Source: an uncultured delta proteobacterium (GTDB lineage Bacteria; Myxococcota_A; Polyangia; Polyangiales; Polyangiaceae). Taken from it: 64,000 bases of DNA. The stretch is from positions 96,001 to 160,000 of the forward strand of contig CAVQUB010000004.1 of assembly GCA_963716725.1 (NCBI GenBank). The letters are read 5' to 3'. Below the pieces are notes generated by a model. That model searched no databases. It saw nothing but the letters and a program-made list of their open reading frames with translations, and was not told the origin of the DNA. Position 1 is the first letter of the stretch, and each line of letters begins with the position of its first letter. A program made the translations under genes and the position numbers. Below, one piece after another: positions 22,637-33,590 of this stretch.

Positions 22637-22903
22637 TCAGTCTGCGAGCTTCTGGGCGCCCTTGGGAACGATGACGCCGGACGAGACCGAGACTTGCGCG
22701 TTGGGCGCGACCGCGCGGATCGCGGGCTCGATGATCTGGCGCCGCGCCAGGGCATTGCCTGGGCAGCCGCCGAAGCGCCCGCTGAGGTGAAGGGTGACGG
22801 AGTCGTCTTCGACCCGAACCAAGTACAGGTCCCCGCCGTCGGCGCGGACCAGCGGTGCCAGTACTTCCCGCAGGACTTGCAGGATTTCGTCTCGAGCGCC
22901 CAT
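22637..22903 (-). CDS. NifU C-terminal domain family protein
   Basis: LAPLVRADGGDLYLV...LHLSGRFGGCPG...IIEPAI. Confidence 0.8.
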   Translation of the reverse strand: MGARDEILQVLREVLAPLVRADGGDLYLVRVEDDSVTLHLSGRFGGCPGNALARRQIIEPAIRAVAPNAQVSVSSGVIVPKGAQKLAD

Positions 22904-23080
22904 CGAGGAGAGCGACGCTACCACGGCGCTTGACCTGACTCCTACCCTTACTCTACGTTCCGCCCCCCGCCGCTCGGCCGGCCTCTCCATCCGGGCGCGG
23001 CAGCTCACTGGCGCGACGAGCGCCAGGTGCTACCTTCCCAGGGTCCGGGCGACCCACGATTCGAAGTCTCAGAGGAAACC

Positions 23081-23329
23081 ATGGTCACCATTCGTCTTGC
23101 CCGACACGGCACCAAGAAAACGCCGTTCTACCGCATCGTCGTCACCGACCACCGCCACAAGCGGGACGGGCGCCACATCGAGAACATCGGCACGTTCGAT
23201 CCGAACAAGACCCCGGTGCGCTTCGAGCTCGACCGCAGCCGCTTGGCGTTCTGGACGGAACGCGGTGCCCGCCCGTCGGAAACCGTGACGCGCCTCATCA
23301 AGCGCAACCCGGCTCCCACGGCGGCGTGA
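23081..23329 (+). CDS. rpsP: 30S ribosomal protein S16
   Basis: MVTIRLARHGTKKTPFYRIVVTD...GARPSETV. Confidence 0.97.
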   Translation: MVTIRLARHGTKKTPFYRIVVTDHRHKRDGRHIENIGTFDPNKTPVRFELDRSRLAFWTERGARPSETVTRLIKRNPAPTAA

Positions 23330-23431
23330 GTCTGACCCGGGTCGCAGCTCACCCGAACTCCTCCACACAACTTCCAGCACCCCCTCGGGCGCGTCTTTGA
23401 ACCGCGCCAGCGACCCCGGAGTTCTTCAGTC

Positions 23432-23668
23432 ATGGCTCTCAAGGAATTGATCACCACCATTGCGCGCGCGCTGGTCGACGAACCGGACGCCGTCGAAGTC
23501 ACCGAAATCGAAGGCGACCACAACTCGCTGATCGAGCTGAAGGTGGCCAAGGACGACATCGGCAAGGTCATCGGGAAAGATGGCCGAACCGCTCAGTCGA
23601 TGCGCACCATCCTCACCGCCGCTTCGACCAAGATCGGACGCCGGGCTCACCTCGACATCGTCGATTGA
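23432..23668 (+). CDS. khpA: KH-domain RNA-binding protein
   Basis: IARALVDEPDAV...DIGKVIGKDGRTAQSMRT; position after rpsP. Confidence 0.92.
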   Translation: MALKELITTIARALVDEPDAVEVTEIEGDHNSLIELKVAKDDIGKVIGKDGRTAQSMRTILTAASTKIGRRAHLDIVD

Positions 23669-24165
23669 AGACGGTCGAGATCGGGCGGGTGCTTCGCCCT
23701 CACGGGCTCCGCGGCGAGCTCAAGGTGCGTCTGCACTGGGACGGCAGCACGACGCTGTCCGACGTGGAGAGCGTGGTGATCGGCGAGGCGGATCAGACCC
23801 GAACCCTCGCGGTCGAGTCCGTGCGGCCTGGCCCCAAGGGCGCGCTGCTGAAGCTCGCGGGCATCGACGACTGCGACGCGGCCCAGGCCCTGGCCGGCGC
23901 GCCGGTGTCCGTCCCGCGGTCCGCGCTGCCCGCGCTCGAAGCGGGGGAGTACTACCTCTCGGATCTGATCGGCGCCGAGGTTTGGGGCCCGGAGGGTCGG
24001 GTGGGCGAAGTGATCGAGGTGCGGCTGCATCCGAGCATCGACTCACTGGTGGTGCGCCGGTCCGACGGCAGCGTGCTCGAACAGGCGCTCACCGAGCCCT
24101 GGCTCGAGTCGGTCGACGTCGAAGCCGGACGCGTCACGCTCACCACCACCGAGGGCCTCGTCTGA
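23665..24165 (+). CDS. rimM: 16S rRNA processing protein RimM
   Basis: IGRVLRPHGLRGELKV, LPALEAGEYYLSDLIG. Confidence 0.93.
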   Translation: MKTVEIGRVLRPHGLRGELKVRLHWDGSTTLSDVESVVIGEADQTRTLAVESVRPGPKGALLKLAGIDDCDAAQALAGAPVSVPRSALPALEAGEYYLSDLIGAEVWGPEGRVGEVIEVRLHPSIDSLVVRRSDGSVLEQALTEPWLESVDVEAGRVTLTTTEGLV

Positions 24166-24167
24166 AC

Positions 24168-24869
24168 ATGCGCGTCGCTGTGGTGACCCTGTTCCCCGAG
24201 CTGTTTGCGCCCTTCCTGGCCACCAGCTTCGTGCGTCGTGCCATCGAGGGAGGCCAACTGGCCGTCTCGTTGGAAGACCTGCGCCGCCACGGTCTCGGCA
24301 AGCACCTCTCGGTCGACGACACGCCCTACGGGGGCGGCTCCGGAATGGTCATGCGCGTGGACTGCGTGGTGGCGGCCGTGGAGGCCGCCGAGGCTGGGCT
24401 CGGAGCGCGGGCGCAGCGCGTGCTGCTCACTCCGGGCGGTGAGCGCCTCGGCCAGCGTCACCTCGAAGAGTTCTCCGAGCGCGAGTCGCTGCTGCTGATC
24501 GCAGGTCGCTACGAGGGCTTCGACGAACGCATCTCGGGCTTCGTCGACCAAGAGCTGTCGCTCGGCGATTTCGTGCTGACCGGCGGTGAGGTCGCGGCAA
24601 TGGCCGTGATCGAAGGAAGCGCCCGACTGCTGCCCGGAGTGCTGGGCAACGCCGACTCTCCCCGGGAGGAGTCCTTCAGCGGGAACTGGGGCGGGCTGCT
24701 CGAGTACCCACAATTCACGCGGCCGGCGGAGTTCCGCGGCGCCGGCGTGCCCGAGATCCTCAAGAGCGGCGACCACGCAAAGATCGCGGCCTGGCGCCAG
24801 GAGCAGGCGATCGAGCGCACCCGGGCGCGCCGGCCGGATCTGCTCCACGGCAACAAGGGCGAGACGTGA
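24168..24869 (+). CDS. trmD: tRNA (guanine37-N1)-methyltransferase
   Basis: VTLFPE, VDDTPYGGGSGMVM, GRYEGFDER, SLGDFVLTGGE, LLEYPQFTRP. Confidence 0.97.
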   Translation: MRVAVVTLFPELFAPFLATSFVRRAIEGGQLAVSLEDLRRHGLGKHLSVDDTPYGGGSGMVMRVDCVVAAVEAAEAGLGARAQRVLLTPGGERLGQRHLEEFSERESLLLIAGRYEGFDERISGFVDQELSLGDFVLTGGEVAAMAVIEGSARLLPGVLGNADSPREESFSGNWGGLLEYPQFTRPAEFRGAGVPEILKSGDHAKIAAWRQEQAIERTRARRPDLLHGNKGET

Positions 24870-25417
24870 GGCGGGTAGCGGCGCTCCTGGCGCATCACCC
24901 GGTGCTCGACCGCCAGGGTCAGGTGATCACCACGGCCATCACCAATCTGGATCTGCACGACATTGGCCGAAGCGCGTACACGATGGGGCTCGGCGACTTC
25001 TTCGTCGCGCACCCGGTGGGGGCGCAGCGCGAGCTCGCACTGCGCGTTCGCGAGCACTGGACCTCCGGCAGCGGTGCGCGGCGCATCCCCGATCGCAAAC
25101 CGCCGATGGAGTGCCTGAGAGTGGTCGAGTCCATCGACGACGCACTGGCCGCGCTCGGACCAGCGGAGATCTGGGTCACGAGTGCTCAGCGTGCCGCCTC
25201 CACCCTCGATTTTGCAGGTGCCCGCGCGCGTCTGTCGGAGCCCGGGCCGGCGGTGCTGCTCGTGTTCGGCACCGGCTGGGGGCTCGCCCCTGCCATCATC
25301 GAGCGCGCCGCGGTGCGGCTCTGCCCCATCGAGTCGCCGCGGCCCGACGGCTTCAATCACCTGAGCGTGCGGGCTGCCGCCGCCATCATTTTCGACCGAT
25401 TGCTCGGCCGGCCCTGA
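24866..25417 (+). CDS. SPOUT-family RNA methyltransferase (TrmD-associated, DUF2168-like)
   Basis: HHPV...TTAITNLDLHDIGR, LLVFGTGWGL, FNHLSVRAAAAIIFDRL. Confidence 0.85.
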   Translation: MRRVAALLAHHPVLDRQGQVITTAITNLDLHDIGRSAYTMGLGDFFVAHPVGAQRELALRVREHWTSGSGARRIPDRKPPMECLRVVESIDDALAALGPAEIWVTSAQRAASTLDFAGARARLSEPGPAVLLVFGTGWGLAPAIIERAAVRLCPIESPRPDGFNHLSVRAAAAIIFDRLLGRP

Positions 25418-26114
25418 CGGCGGAGAGCTCCGGGCTCGGGCGGCCGCGGCCCTCCCACTCGACCAGCGGCGCTTCGACCACGAGTCCGCCGGCCTTGGCC
25501 CGTCGCACCTCGACCAGCGCAATGCGCGCTGGCTCGGACGCGAAGGAGTGGACGAAACACAGGCGTTTGGGCGTGAGCCCGTGGGCCTCGCAGAGCGACA
25601 AGAGCCGCACCAGGTTGCCTGCCGGGTAGACGAAGGCGGCGCGGACCCGGCTCGAAGCGATGGCCAGGGCCGCCGTGCGGACGAAGGGCTCGAGGGCGCC
25701 ACAGCGGCCCGGCTCGCGGTCGCTGCGTGCGGCGCGCCGCTCGTTCGGCTCGAAGAAGGGTGGATTGGAGACGATCAGATCGAAATCGCCATCGATGCGG
25801 GCGCGTGAAACGTCGGCGGTGATCACTTGCGCGTCGATCGAAGCGCGCGCGAGGTTCGCCGAGCAGAGCCCCGCCAGCATCGGATCTTTTTCGACCAGTG
25901 TCGCGCGCACGACGCCCGCGAAGTGGTGCGCGATGAGCGTCACCGCGCCGGCGCCGGCGCCCAGGTCCAGGAGGTGTCCCAGGCGGCGGTGGCCGGCGGC
26001 AAAGGCCCCGAGCCAGAGCGCGTCGACGTTGAATCGATAGCCGCTCGTCGGCTGTTCGACGACGAGCGCCCCGTCGAAGAGTGCGTCGGTTGTCGTCTTG
26101 CGGGCCGCGGTCAC
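25386..26114 (-). CDS. tRNA1(Val) A37 N6-methyltransferase-like SAM-dependent methyltransferase
   Basis: EQPTSGYRFNVDALWL, LDLGAGAG, DLIVSNPPFF, PKRLCFVH. Confidence 0.85.
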   Translation of the reverse strand: MTAARKTTTDALFDGALVVEQPTSGYRFNVDALWLGAFAAGHRRLGHLLDLGAGAGAVTLIAHHFAGVVRATLVEKDPMLAGLCSANLARASIDAQVITADVSRARIDGDFDLIVSNPPFFEPNERRAARSDREPGRCGALEPFVRTAALAIASSRVRAAFVYPAGNLVRLLSLCEAHGLTPKRLCFVHSFASEPARIALVEVRRAKAGGLVVEAPLVEWEGRGRPSPELSAVRAGRAIGRK

Positions 26115-27352
26115 TTGAGCTGGAAAGGCCGGAGCCCGCGCAGCGTGACGCTGGTGACGCTGTTGGGGAAGACGCGTACGTCGAAGTAGCCGAGGCTCAC
26201 CAGTTTGTCCTGGTCGCCGCCGGGCACGAGGCCGGTGCCGGCAACTCGGGTGAAGGTCCCCGCGCTGCCTCCGCCTTTGACGTCGAAGGCAGAGTAGAGC
26301 GCGGTCTTGCCGGTGCCGATCTCGCGACGGCTGCCCTCCGGGAGCGGATCGTCCTCGCTGTCGTTGAAGTACTCGAGAGCGACTCGGTTCTGCGACACGT
26401 CCACTCGGGCAAACTGCAGGCGTACGTTGCCGCAGTCGTGCACCTCGCCGCCGATGATGCCGTTGCCATCGGTGACGGTCTTGCCAATGGCCGCCGTTGG
26501 GATGGTTCCGTAGTCGTCCTCGGCGAGCGCGCGGATCTTGTAGGTGTAGGTCCCGGCCGATGCGTCGTAGTCGGGATCGCCCTCGTGCACGTAAACGTTG
26601 TAGGTGTAGAGGGGCGACCAGCCTGGGCCGTAGGTCTTGATCACGAGCTCCGTGTTCATGGGCACGTCCGCGTACTCGTACTCTCGATCGAATCGGATCT
26701 TGTCGACGCAAGAGTCCTTCACCGTCGTCTCCACCAACGTCATGCTGTCGGTGGCCTCGATCGTCGAGCCGATGAGCTGGCCCAGCGAGCCGTCGGTGGC
26801 GGGATCACCGGTGCGCTTCACGGAGTAGACCTCGATCTTCACGCCGCCGTGCGACGCGGCGCTCGGGCAGCTGCTCCCGGCGGCGCACCAGCCCGTGCCT
26901 TCGGTGTTGATCAGGTCGTACTTGCCGCAGCCACCATTGGAGAAGGGGCGCAGGACGCCGGTGAGCTTGACGGTCTTGCTGCTGGCCGCCGGCGGGGTCG
27001 GGTAGCCCTCGGGATCGAAGCACTTCAAGTCCGGCGGAGCGCCGTTCGGGTCGGCGTACTCGGTCGTGTCCGTGGTCCGCACCAGGTACTTACTCGACGC
27101 CGAATTGCCGGGCTCACCCACCATCACGCAGCAACTGTCGACGGGGCGGTTGGCACAGGTCGGCGTTCCAACGCAGCTGCCGGCGCAGAACTCGTCGTTG
27201 GCGGGTCGGGTCGAGCCCTTGCACTCGCCCGCGCCGTTGTTCGTGTAGTCCTTGCTCCCGGAGCCTCCCGAGCCGGCGGGGTTCTTTTCGTCCGAGCAGC
27301 CGAGGGGAAGGGAGGCAACCAGGCACAGGGCAGTCGTGATCAGGATACGCAT
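26111..27352 (-). CDS. Cys-rich hypothetical lipoprotein
   Basis: Signal ending PLGC, multiple Cys, strong GC3 bias. Confidence 0.75.
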   Translation of the reverse strand: MRILITTALCLVASLPLGCSDEKNPAGSGGSGSKDYTNNGAGECKGSTRPANDEFCAGSCVGTPTCANRPVDSCCVMVGEPGNSASSKYLVRTTDTTEYADPNGAPPDLKCFDPEGYPTPPAASSKTVKLTGVLRPFSNGGCGKYDLINTEGTGWCAAGSSCPSAASHGGVKIEVYSVKRTGDPATDGSLGQLIGSTIEATDSMTLVETTVKDSCVDKIRFDREYEYADVPMNTELVIKTYGPGWSPLYTYNVYVHEGDPDYDASAGTYTYKIRALAEDDYGTIPTAAIGKTVTDGNGIIGGEVHDCGNVRLQFARVDVSQNRVALEYFNDSEDDPLPEGSRREIGTGKTALYSAFDVKGGGSAGTFTRVAGTGLVPGGDQDKLVSLGYFDVRVFPNSVTSVTLRGLRPFQLK

Positions 27353-27571
27353 GGGGTGCACCTCTCCGGGCGGGTTTGCGGCCCGCCCGCTTGAAGAAAG
27401 CCGTGCGCCCCACGTCTTACGGGGCGACGGTCGCCTGAAACTTAGCGAAGAACGCCGGCCCTCGCATGCATTTTGGGCCGGCGGGACCGCTACGGCATTG
27501 AAGGGCGGGGCGTTTGGTGGCAGATCCCCGCGCCGCTCGGCGCCGAGCGGCTTTCAGGGGGCATGGCGATC

Positions 27572-28843
27572 ATGAACGGATACCGACGGATGAACTCAGT
27601 GTGGGCGGGCCTGATCGCCCTTGCCGTGGCTACCCCCGCCGTCGGTGAGGACCTGGCTGCGGCCGCCAAGAAGCCGCCCAAGGATCCCGAGGCGGCCCTC
27701 GCGCTGGGGCGATCGCTGCGTCGCGCGGGCATGTTCGACGAGGGCGTCCGGGTCCTTCGCGGGGCCGCGCTGCGCGCGCAAGGGGAGCTGTCGGTGGCCG
27801 CTCGCTACGAAGCGGCGCGGACGCTGATCGCGGCGAATCGCCAGAAGGACGCGCTGCGGGAGTGCCAAGGCATCAAGGCAAGAAGCAAGGTCAGGTGGGA
27901 GACTTGCTTCGCGGAGGCTCAGCTGCTTTGGAAGCGGGCGTCGCTCGCGCTGCCCGCCGCCGAGCGCGCACTCGCGGAGTCCCCGGACAACTACGACGCG
28001 CTGGTGGCAAAGGGTCGCGCCCAACGCATGCTCGGGAAGAACGCCGAGTCCGAAGCCGCGTTCAAAGCCGCCATCGTCAAGGACGGGTCCCGCTTCGAGG
28101 CGCCGATGTTCTACTCGGAGTTGCTCTCGGGCTTGGGCAGGGGCACCGAGACCGTGGCGGCGTTGCGCAAAGCGCACGCGGCAGCGCCCGAAGAACCCGA
28201 GCCCACTTTGGCCCTCGCCTCGGAGCTGCCTGCCGGAGCCGAGGCCACCAAGCTGCTGCTCGACGCGCTGTCGATTCGACCGAAATACGGTCCGGCCCAG
28301 GCGCGGCTCGGGGACGTTCACTTGGAGCTTGGCAAGGTGGCAGAGGCCGAGACGGCGTTCCGCGCGGCCATCGCCATCAACGCCAAGGTCGCCGACTGGC
28401 AGGCTGGGCTCGCCCGGGCGCTGGTCGCCAAGAACGACTGGGACGAGGCGCTCAAAGCCAGCGCCGTCGCGCTCAAGCTCGTGGGAAACCATGGCCTGGC
28501 CATGCTCGCCGAGGCCGACGCCACCGCGGGCAAGGGCGAGATCGATCTGGCCATCGAGGCCTACGAGAAGGCTGCCAGTTTCACCCGCGACAGCCCAAAT
28601 CCCCTCGTGCACGCGGCGCGGGCCTGCCTCCGCCAGAACCGCCCCACCACCGCCCGCGCCTTCGCCGATCGCGCGACCCAGTCCTTCGAAGCGTTTGCGC
28701 CCGCCTGGCTGGTCCTGGGCGACGTTGCCGTCGCGACGAAGGACAAGGGCGCGGCAAAGCAGGCGTATCAGAAGGCGCTGTCGGCGCCCCGCGGAAGCAT
28801 CGACAAGGCCGAAGTGAAGAAGAAGCTCGCGGCCATCAAGTGA
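27572..28843 (+). CDS. Secreted tetratricopeptide repeat protein
   Basis: Signal peptide and multiple TPR-like units (ALVAKGRAQRMLG, AQARLGDVHLELG, AWLVLGDVA); start uncertain (27563-27590). Confidence 0.82.
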   Translation: MNGYRRMNSVWAGLIALAVATPAVGEDLAAAAKKPPKDPEAALALGRSLRRAGMFDEGVRVLRGAALRAQGELSVAARYEAARTLIAANRQKDALRECQGIKARSKVRWETCFAEAQLLWKRASLALPAAERALAESPDNYDALVAKGRAQRMLGKNAESEAAFKAAIVKDGSRFEAPMFYSELLSGLGRGTETVAALRKAHAAAPEEPEPTLALASELPAGAEATKLLLDALSIRPKYGPAQARLGDVHLELGKVAEAETAFRAAIAINAKVADWQAGLARALVAKNDWDEALKASAVALKLVGNHGLAMLAEADATAGKGEIDLAIEAYEKAASFTRDSPNPLVHAARACLRQNRPTTARAFADRATQSFEAFAPAWLVLGDVAVATKDKGAAKQAYQKALSAPRGSIDKAEVKKKLAAIK

Positions 28844-29724
28844 GCAACGACGGGACTCGGCGCCCTGGGGTGTTCGCGCCGACCAGCGCGTTCTGGCGGC
28901 GCCTGGCCTACCTCGGCGCGCGCTACGGACCCCGGCCCTGGCTTCGCTTCAGTCCGCCGGTCATCGGTCTGGCGTTTGCGCTGGCGCTGCCCACGTTGCG
29001 CCGACGCGTCCAGAGCAATCTGCGTCGTGCGCTGGGGCGGCGGGGCATCATCGCAGAGCAACTGGACATCGCGCGCACCTTCATCAGCTACGCCGGGTGC
29101 CTGGCCGAAGCCCTGGGTGGCGAACGAGCCGAGGCCGCGAGCGCCGTCAGGCGCCTCGACGAGGAAGAGACGCGCTCCCTGCTCGAGTCCGGCAGCGGAA
29201 TGATCGTCGGGACCGCGCACTTCGGCGCTTGGGACGCCGCGGCCCCACTTCTGGCTCGGGACTTCGGTCGACCCGTCGTGGTCGCGATGCAGGCGGAGGC
29301 CGACCCCGCCGCGCGGGCCATCCACGATGCGGTCCGGGCGCGGGCCGGCGTTCGGGTCGTCCACGTCGGGACCCACCCCCTGGACGCGCTCGCCCTGCTG
29401 CACCACCTGCGAGACGGAGGCATCGTGGCCGTGCAACTGGACCGCGTCGCGCCGGGGGGGCGTAGCCTGAGCGTGCCATTCTTGGGCCGGAGCCTCGAGA
29501 TGCCCGAGGGGCCCTTTTTGCTGGCCTCGATGGCTCAGGTGCCGCTGGTCGCCCTCTTCGTCCGGCGAGCGGGCTTTCTGGACTACGAAATGAGCGCCGG
29601 CGGCGTGGTGTCGCTGCCCAGGGGCGCTCGCGGGGCCGATCTGCTGGCGGCGGCAGGCCGCGTCGCCGAGGCGATCGAGCGATCGGTCCGGTCGTGCCCG
29701 ACCCAGTGGTTCGACTTCGGCTGA
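28840..29724 (+). CDS. Lipid A/lysophospholipid acyltransferase family protein (LpxL-like)
   Basis: TAHFGAWD, VAVQLDR, VPFLGR..MPEGP, PTQWFDF. Confidence 0.85.
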   Translation: MSNDGTRRPGVFAPTSAFWRRLAYLGARYGPRPWLRFSPPVIGLAFALALPTLRRRVQSNLRRALGRRGIIAEQLDIARTFISYAGCLAEALGGERAEAASAVRRLDEEETRSLLESGSGMIVGTAHFGAWDAAAPLLARDFGRPVVVAMQAEADPAARAIHDAVRARAGVRVVHVGTHPLDALALLHHLRDGGIVAVQLDRVAPGGRSLSVPFLGRSLEMPEGPFLLASMAQVPLVALFVRRAGFLDYEMSAGGVVSLPRGARGADLLAAAGRVAEAIERSVRSCPTQWFDFG

Positions 29725-29768
29725 AAGCGATGGCGCTCCGCGCCTGGGTTTGGCAATAAGGTCCCCCC

Positions 29769-30580
<812 letters not shown>

Positions 30581-30584
<4 letters not shown>

Positions 30585-31552
30585 AGCGCCGCTCAGCAGC
30601 GATTTCCAATGATCCGATCGCCGCCGAGGCAGCACGCGAATACCTCGCGGCGGGAGCCTCGGCCGTGGGCGCGGTGCTCGCCGGGTTTTTCGCAGCTGCC
30701 GGTGCCCACGCCGGAGTGTTGCTCGGGCCCGCTACGTTGCTGATGGGTGGGGTGGGCGTTGGCGCGCGGGTGTTCGACGGGCGACTGCGCCAACCCGGCG
30801 TGGGAGCGAAGCGCCCGCGCGGCGTGGTGGCCTCCGCTGCGGTGCCGGATGCCGCGAAGGTCGCAGTGCCAACGGCGATCACCGCCCTCGCGGTGGCGCA
30901 CGCCTACGATGGCGGCAAGAGCCTCGGTGGCGTGATCAAGCCGGGGATCGCGCGGGCGGAGCGCGGTGGGGCCGACGAGCGGGCGGGCGTGCTCCAGCTC
31001 GTGCGCGGCGCGGGGGCCGGAGCGTTTCGAGATGCGGGCTTCATTCGCGCGATGTTGCGCGTCGCCGGTCCCAGTCAGGGCGGCCTGCTCTCGCCCGCGG
31101 ACTTTGCCGCCGTGCCCAAGGTGGACGCCGAGGCGGTGACGCGCGGTCGAGGGTCGGACCGGATTCTGGAGGCACCCTGGGCTGCGGCGGCCGCGGGCAT
31201 GGACGTCGAGCCGATCGGGCTCGGGTTTGCCGTGTGCGCGGTGGACGTCCGCCGGGTGCTCGCGGCGCTGTGCTACCGACGGGTGACGTCAGGCTTCACC
31301 GTGGATGAACTCGAACTCGAAGCCCCCCTCGCGGCCGTTCCCGTCATGCGGGGCGTGCCCCGCGTTTCGCCGGGGGAGCCGTTGCTGGCTCCGGCTCCGA
31401 TGGTCATCATCGCGGACGCGTCGAATACGACCATGGAAGTCGCGGCGTTGCCCGGCGCAACGGCGCTCAGCGACGCCGATCTCGACTCGCTCTCATTGCG
31501 GCTGCGCTGTCATCTCGCCACCGGCGAGGTGGACGTGCTCGCCGGCGCCTGA
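30581..31552 (+). CDS. Hypothetical protein with gamma-glutamyltransferase-like N-terminus
   Basis: DPIAAEAAREYLAAGASAVGAVLA and VAVP resemble the Ggt N-terminus; much shorter than Ggt. Confidence 0.55.
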
Positions 31553-31562
31553 GAAGCCTCGC

Positions 31563-31787
31563 TCAGTTCGAGGCGTTGAGCTTCTTGGCGTACGCCAGGA
31601 GGCCGATCTTGTCGATCGTGCGCAGGTCACCCGCGGTGAGCTTGAGCGTCACGTAGCGGCCGAGCTCCGGCACGAAGAGGCGCCGCTTCTGAACATTCAC
31701 GTTCTGCCAGCGCGGCGTCTTGATGTTCGAGTGGGATACGTTCCTGGCACGCATCCGGCGCTTTCCGGTCAGTTCGCTTCGGGCCAT
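31563..31787 (-). CDS. rpmB: 50S ribosomal protein L28
   Basis: ELTGK...NVSHSNIKTPRWQNVNVQKRRL...LRTIDKIG. Confidence 0.95.
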   Translation of the reverse strand: MARSELTGKRRMRARNVSHSNIKTPRWQNVNVQKRRLFVPELGRYVTLKLTAGDLRTIDKIGLLAYAKKLNASN

Positions 31788-31823
31788 AGGGGGCGCGTAT
31801 TTCAGCTCAGCCGTACCCCTCAT

Positions 31824-32723
31824 TCAAGCGCTTCCGCTGATCTTGTTCGGCGAGCTGACCAGCGACAAACGCCGAGCCTCGGGGGCGAAGGCCGCAGCCA
31901 GGAGCTGAAAGAGGCCCAGACTGGCCACGATTCCGGCGCAAACCAGGCCCACGGCCGTGGCCGGGTAGGTGAGATAGCCGGTGGCAGCATCGGCCAAGGT
32001 GAAATGCCGGAGCCCCACGGGGATAGGGAGTCCGCCCAGGACTAGCGTGGCCCAGAGCGCTGCCCAGCCCGTCGTGCCCTGGCCCATGAATCCGAACAGC
32101 GAGAGGGCGACCAGGGCGACGCTCAGCGCCGCGCCGGCCCGGGCGATCACGGGCGCGGATCCGTCCGCCACCAGGATCGCTTCGAGGATGACGAAGGGAA
32201 GGGCGAGCGCCAGCGCTACCGCCAGGATCACCCGCGCCCGCCGGAACGCCGTGTAGCGCGCGCGGAACATCAACGCCGCTGGCAGTGCGGTGAGCGTCAA
32301 CATGCGAGCCACGCCCCGCTCCAGGCTGCCGTCCACCGTGAGCCCGCCCAGCGGTCCTCCGCTCTGCAGGCCCAGTCCCATCAGCACCACGCCCACCAGG
32401 AGGGCGACGCCGGCACGGAGCGCGTAGGGGAAGGGCAAGACCGCGACCGCGGTGAGGGCGCCGGCCGCGGAAAACGCGACGGTTGCGGCCCCGAATCGCT
32501 CGGCAGGGACACCGACGCCGAAGCGCAGGGCGAGCCCCAGGGCGGTCAGGGCGGCCGCCACCAGCGCCAGCCACAGGCGGCAGGAGTCCCGAGAAGGCTG
32601 AAGCGGCGCGAGCTCCTCCCGGAGGACCTCGGAGGCCAACAGAGGCGGCTTGGGTTCGCTGACCGACCGGTGAATTCCCGACGTCGGTCCGCGCGGTACC
32701 GGCGCGGTGGAGGGCTCAGCCAT
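31824..32723 (-). CDS. Hypothetical membrane protein
   Basis: 299 aa with about 8 hydrophobic segments, co-oriented in the operon. Confidence 0.7.
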   Translation of the reverse strand: MAEPSTAPVPRGPTSGIHRSVSEPKPPLLASEVLREELAPLQPSRDSCRLWLALVAAALTALGLALRFGVGVPAERFGAATVAFSAAGALTAVAVLPFPYALRAGVALLVGVVLMGLGLQSGGPLGGLTVDGSLERGVARMLTLTALPAALMFRARYTAFRRARVILAVALALALPFVILEAILVADGSAPVIARAGAALSVALVALSLFGFMGQGTTGWAALWATLVLGGLPIPVGLRHFTLADAATGYLTYPATAVGLVCAGIVASLGLFQLLAAAFAPEARRLSLVSSPNKISGSA

Positions 32724-32738
32724 CAGGTCAGTCAGCGG

Positions 32739-33590
32739 TCATGCTAGCGCCAGAGACCCGAGGCGCGCCACCACCGCCCGACAATAATCGCGAGTCGCCT
32801 CGAAATCATTGGGTTTTTTTGAGAGAGTTCGCTCGCTCATGTAGAGCCGCCGGCTGAGCTCGATCTGGAGGGAGTGGGTGCCGGCGCGGGGTCGCCCATA
32901 GCGACCGGTGCTGTAGCCGCCCTTGTAGGGGTCGTCGTGGGCCACCTTCCACCCGCGCTCCCGCGCCAAATCGTCCGGGACCGCGATCACGCTCGGCGCG
33001 GCGGTCGTCCCGCCGCGGCTGCCGGGGACCACGTCCGCTCGGGCGCGGCCAGGGTCGGCGTGGCCGGCTCGACCGCGGGAGGGCATGGAGTGCCCGCACA
33101 GGAGGACCGCGTGTCCGAAGCGAGCGACTTTGCTGTCGAGCAACTCCCGAAGGGTCGCGTGGTACGGCTCCCAAATGCAACGCAGCCGGCGGTCGAGCTC
33201 GCGCCGGGGCAACGGCTCCTTGAGCGCTGGGAGGTTCTCGGTCGTGGCGCGCCAGACCAAGCCGTGGGGCGACGGACGGCCCTTGGCTCCCTCGACCGTC
33301 GAGGCGTCCACGTCATCCGGCGCGCGGTTCAGGTCGCAGACGTATCGGCTCACGTGCGCGACGAGCAAGGTCGCACCCTCGGCCGGAGCGTCGGCGAAGA
33401 GCTCGTCCACGAACAGATCGGCGTCCTGGCCAATGGCCCGCGCCGGCGCAATGAGGGTCGCGAGGGCCTCGGGCTCGATGGACAACCCCGCGTGGGGCAC
33501 CTCGACCACGACGGGGGTCTCGGGGGAGGTCGGCGCGTGAACCGAGAAGTACACCCGTGGGAATTTAGAGCCCCCGGAGCCGGAAGTCAT
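32739..33590 (-). CDS. N-formylglutamate amidohydrolase
   Basis: VEVPHAG, DADLFVDELF, SRYVCDLNR, PYHATL, HSMPS, PYKGGY, LQIELSRRLYM. Confidence 0.9.
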   Translation of the reverse strand: MTSGSGGSKFPRVYFSVHAPTSPETPVVVEVPHAGLSIEPEALATLIAPARAIGQDADLFVDELFADAPAEGATLLVAHVSRYVCDLNRAPDDVDASTVEGAKGRPSPHGLVWRATTENLPALKEPLPRRELDRRLRCIWEPYHATLRELLDSKVARFGHAVLLCGHSMPSRGRAGHADPGRARADVVPGSRGGTTAAPSVIAVPDDLARERGWKVAHDDPYKGGYSTGRYGRPRAGTHSLQIELSRRLYMSERTLSKKPNDFEATRDYCRAVVARLGSLALA

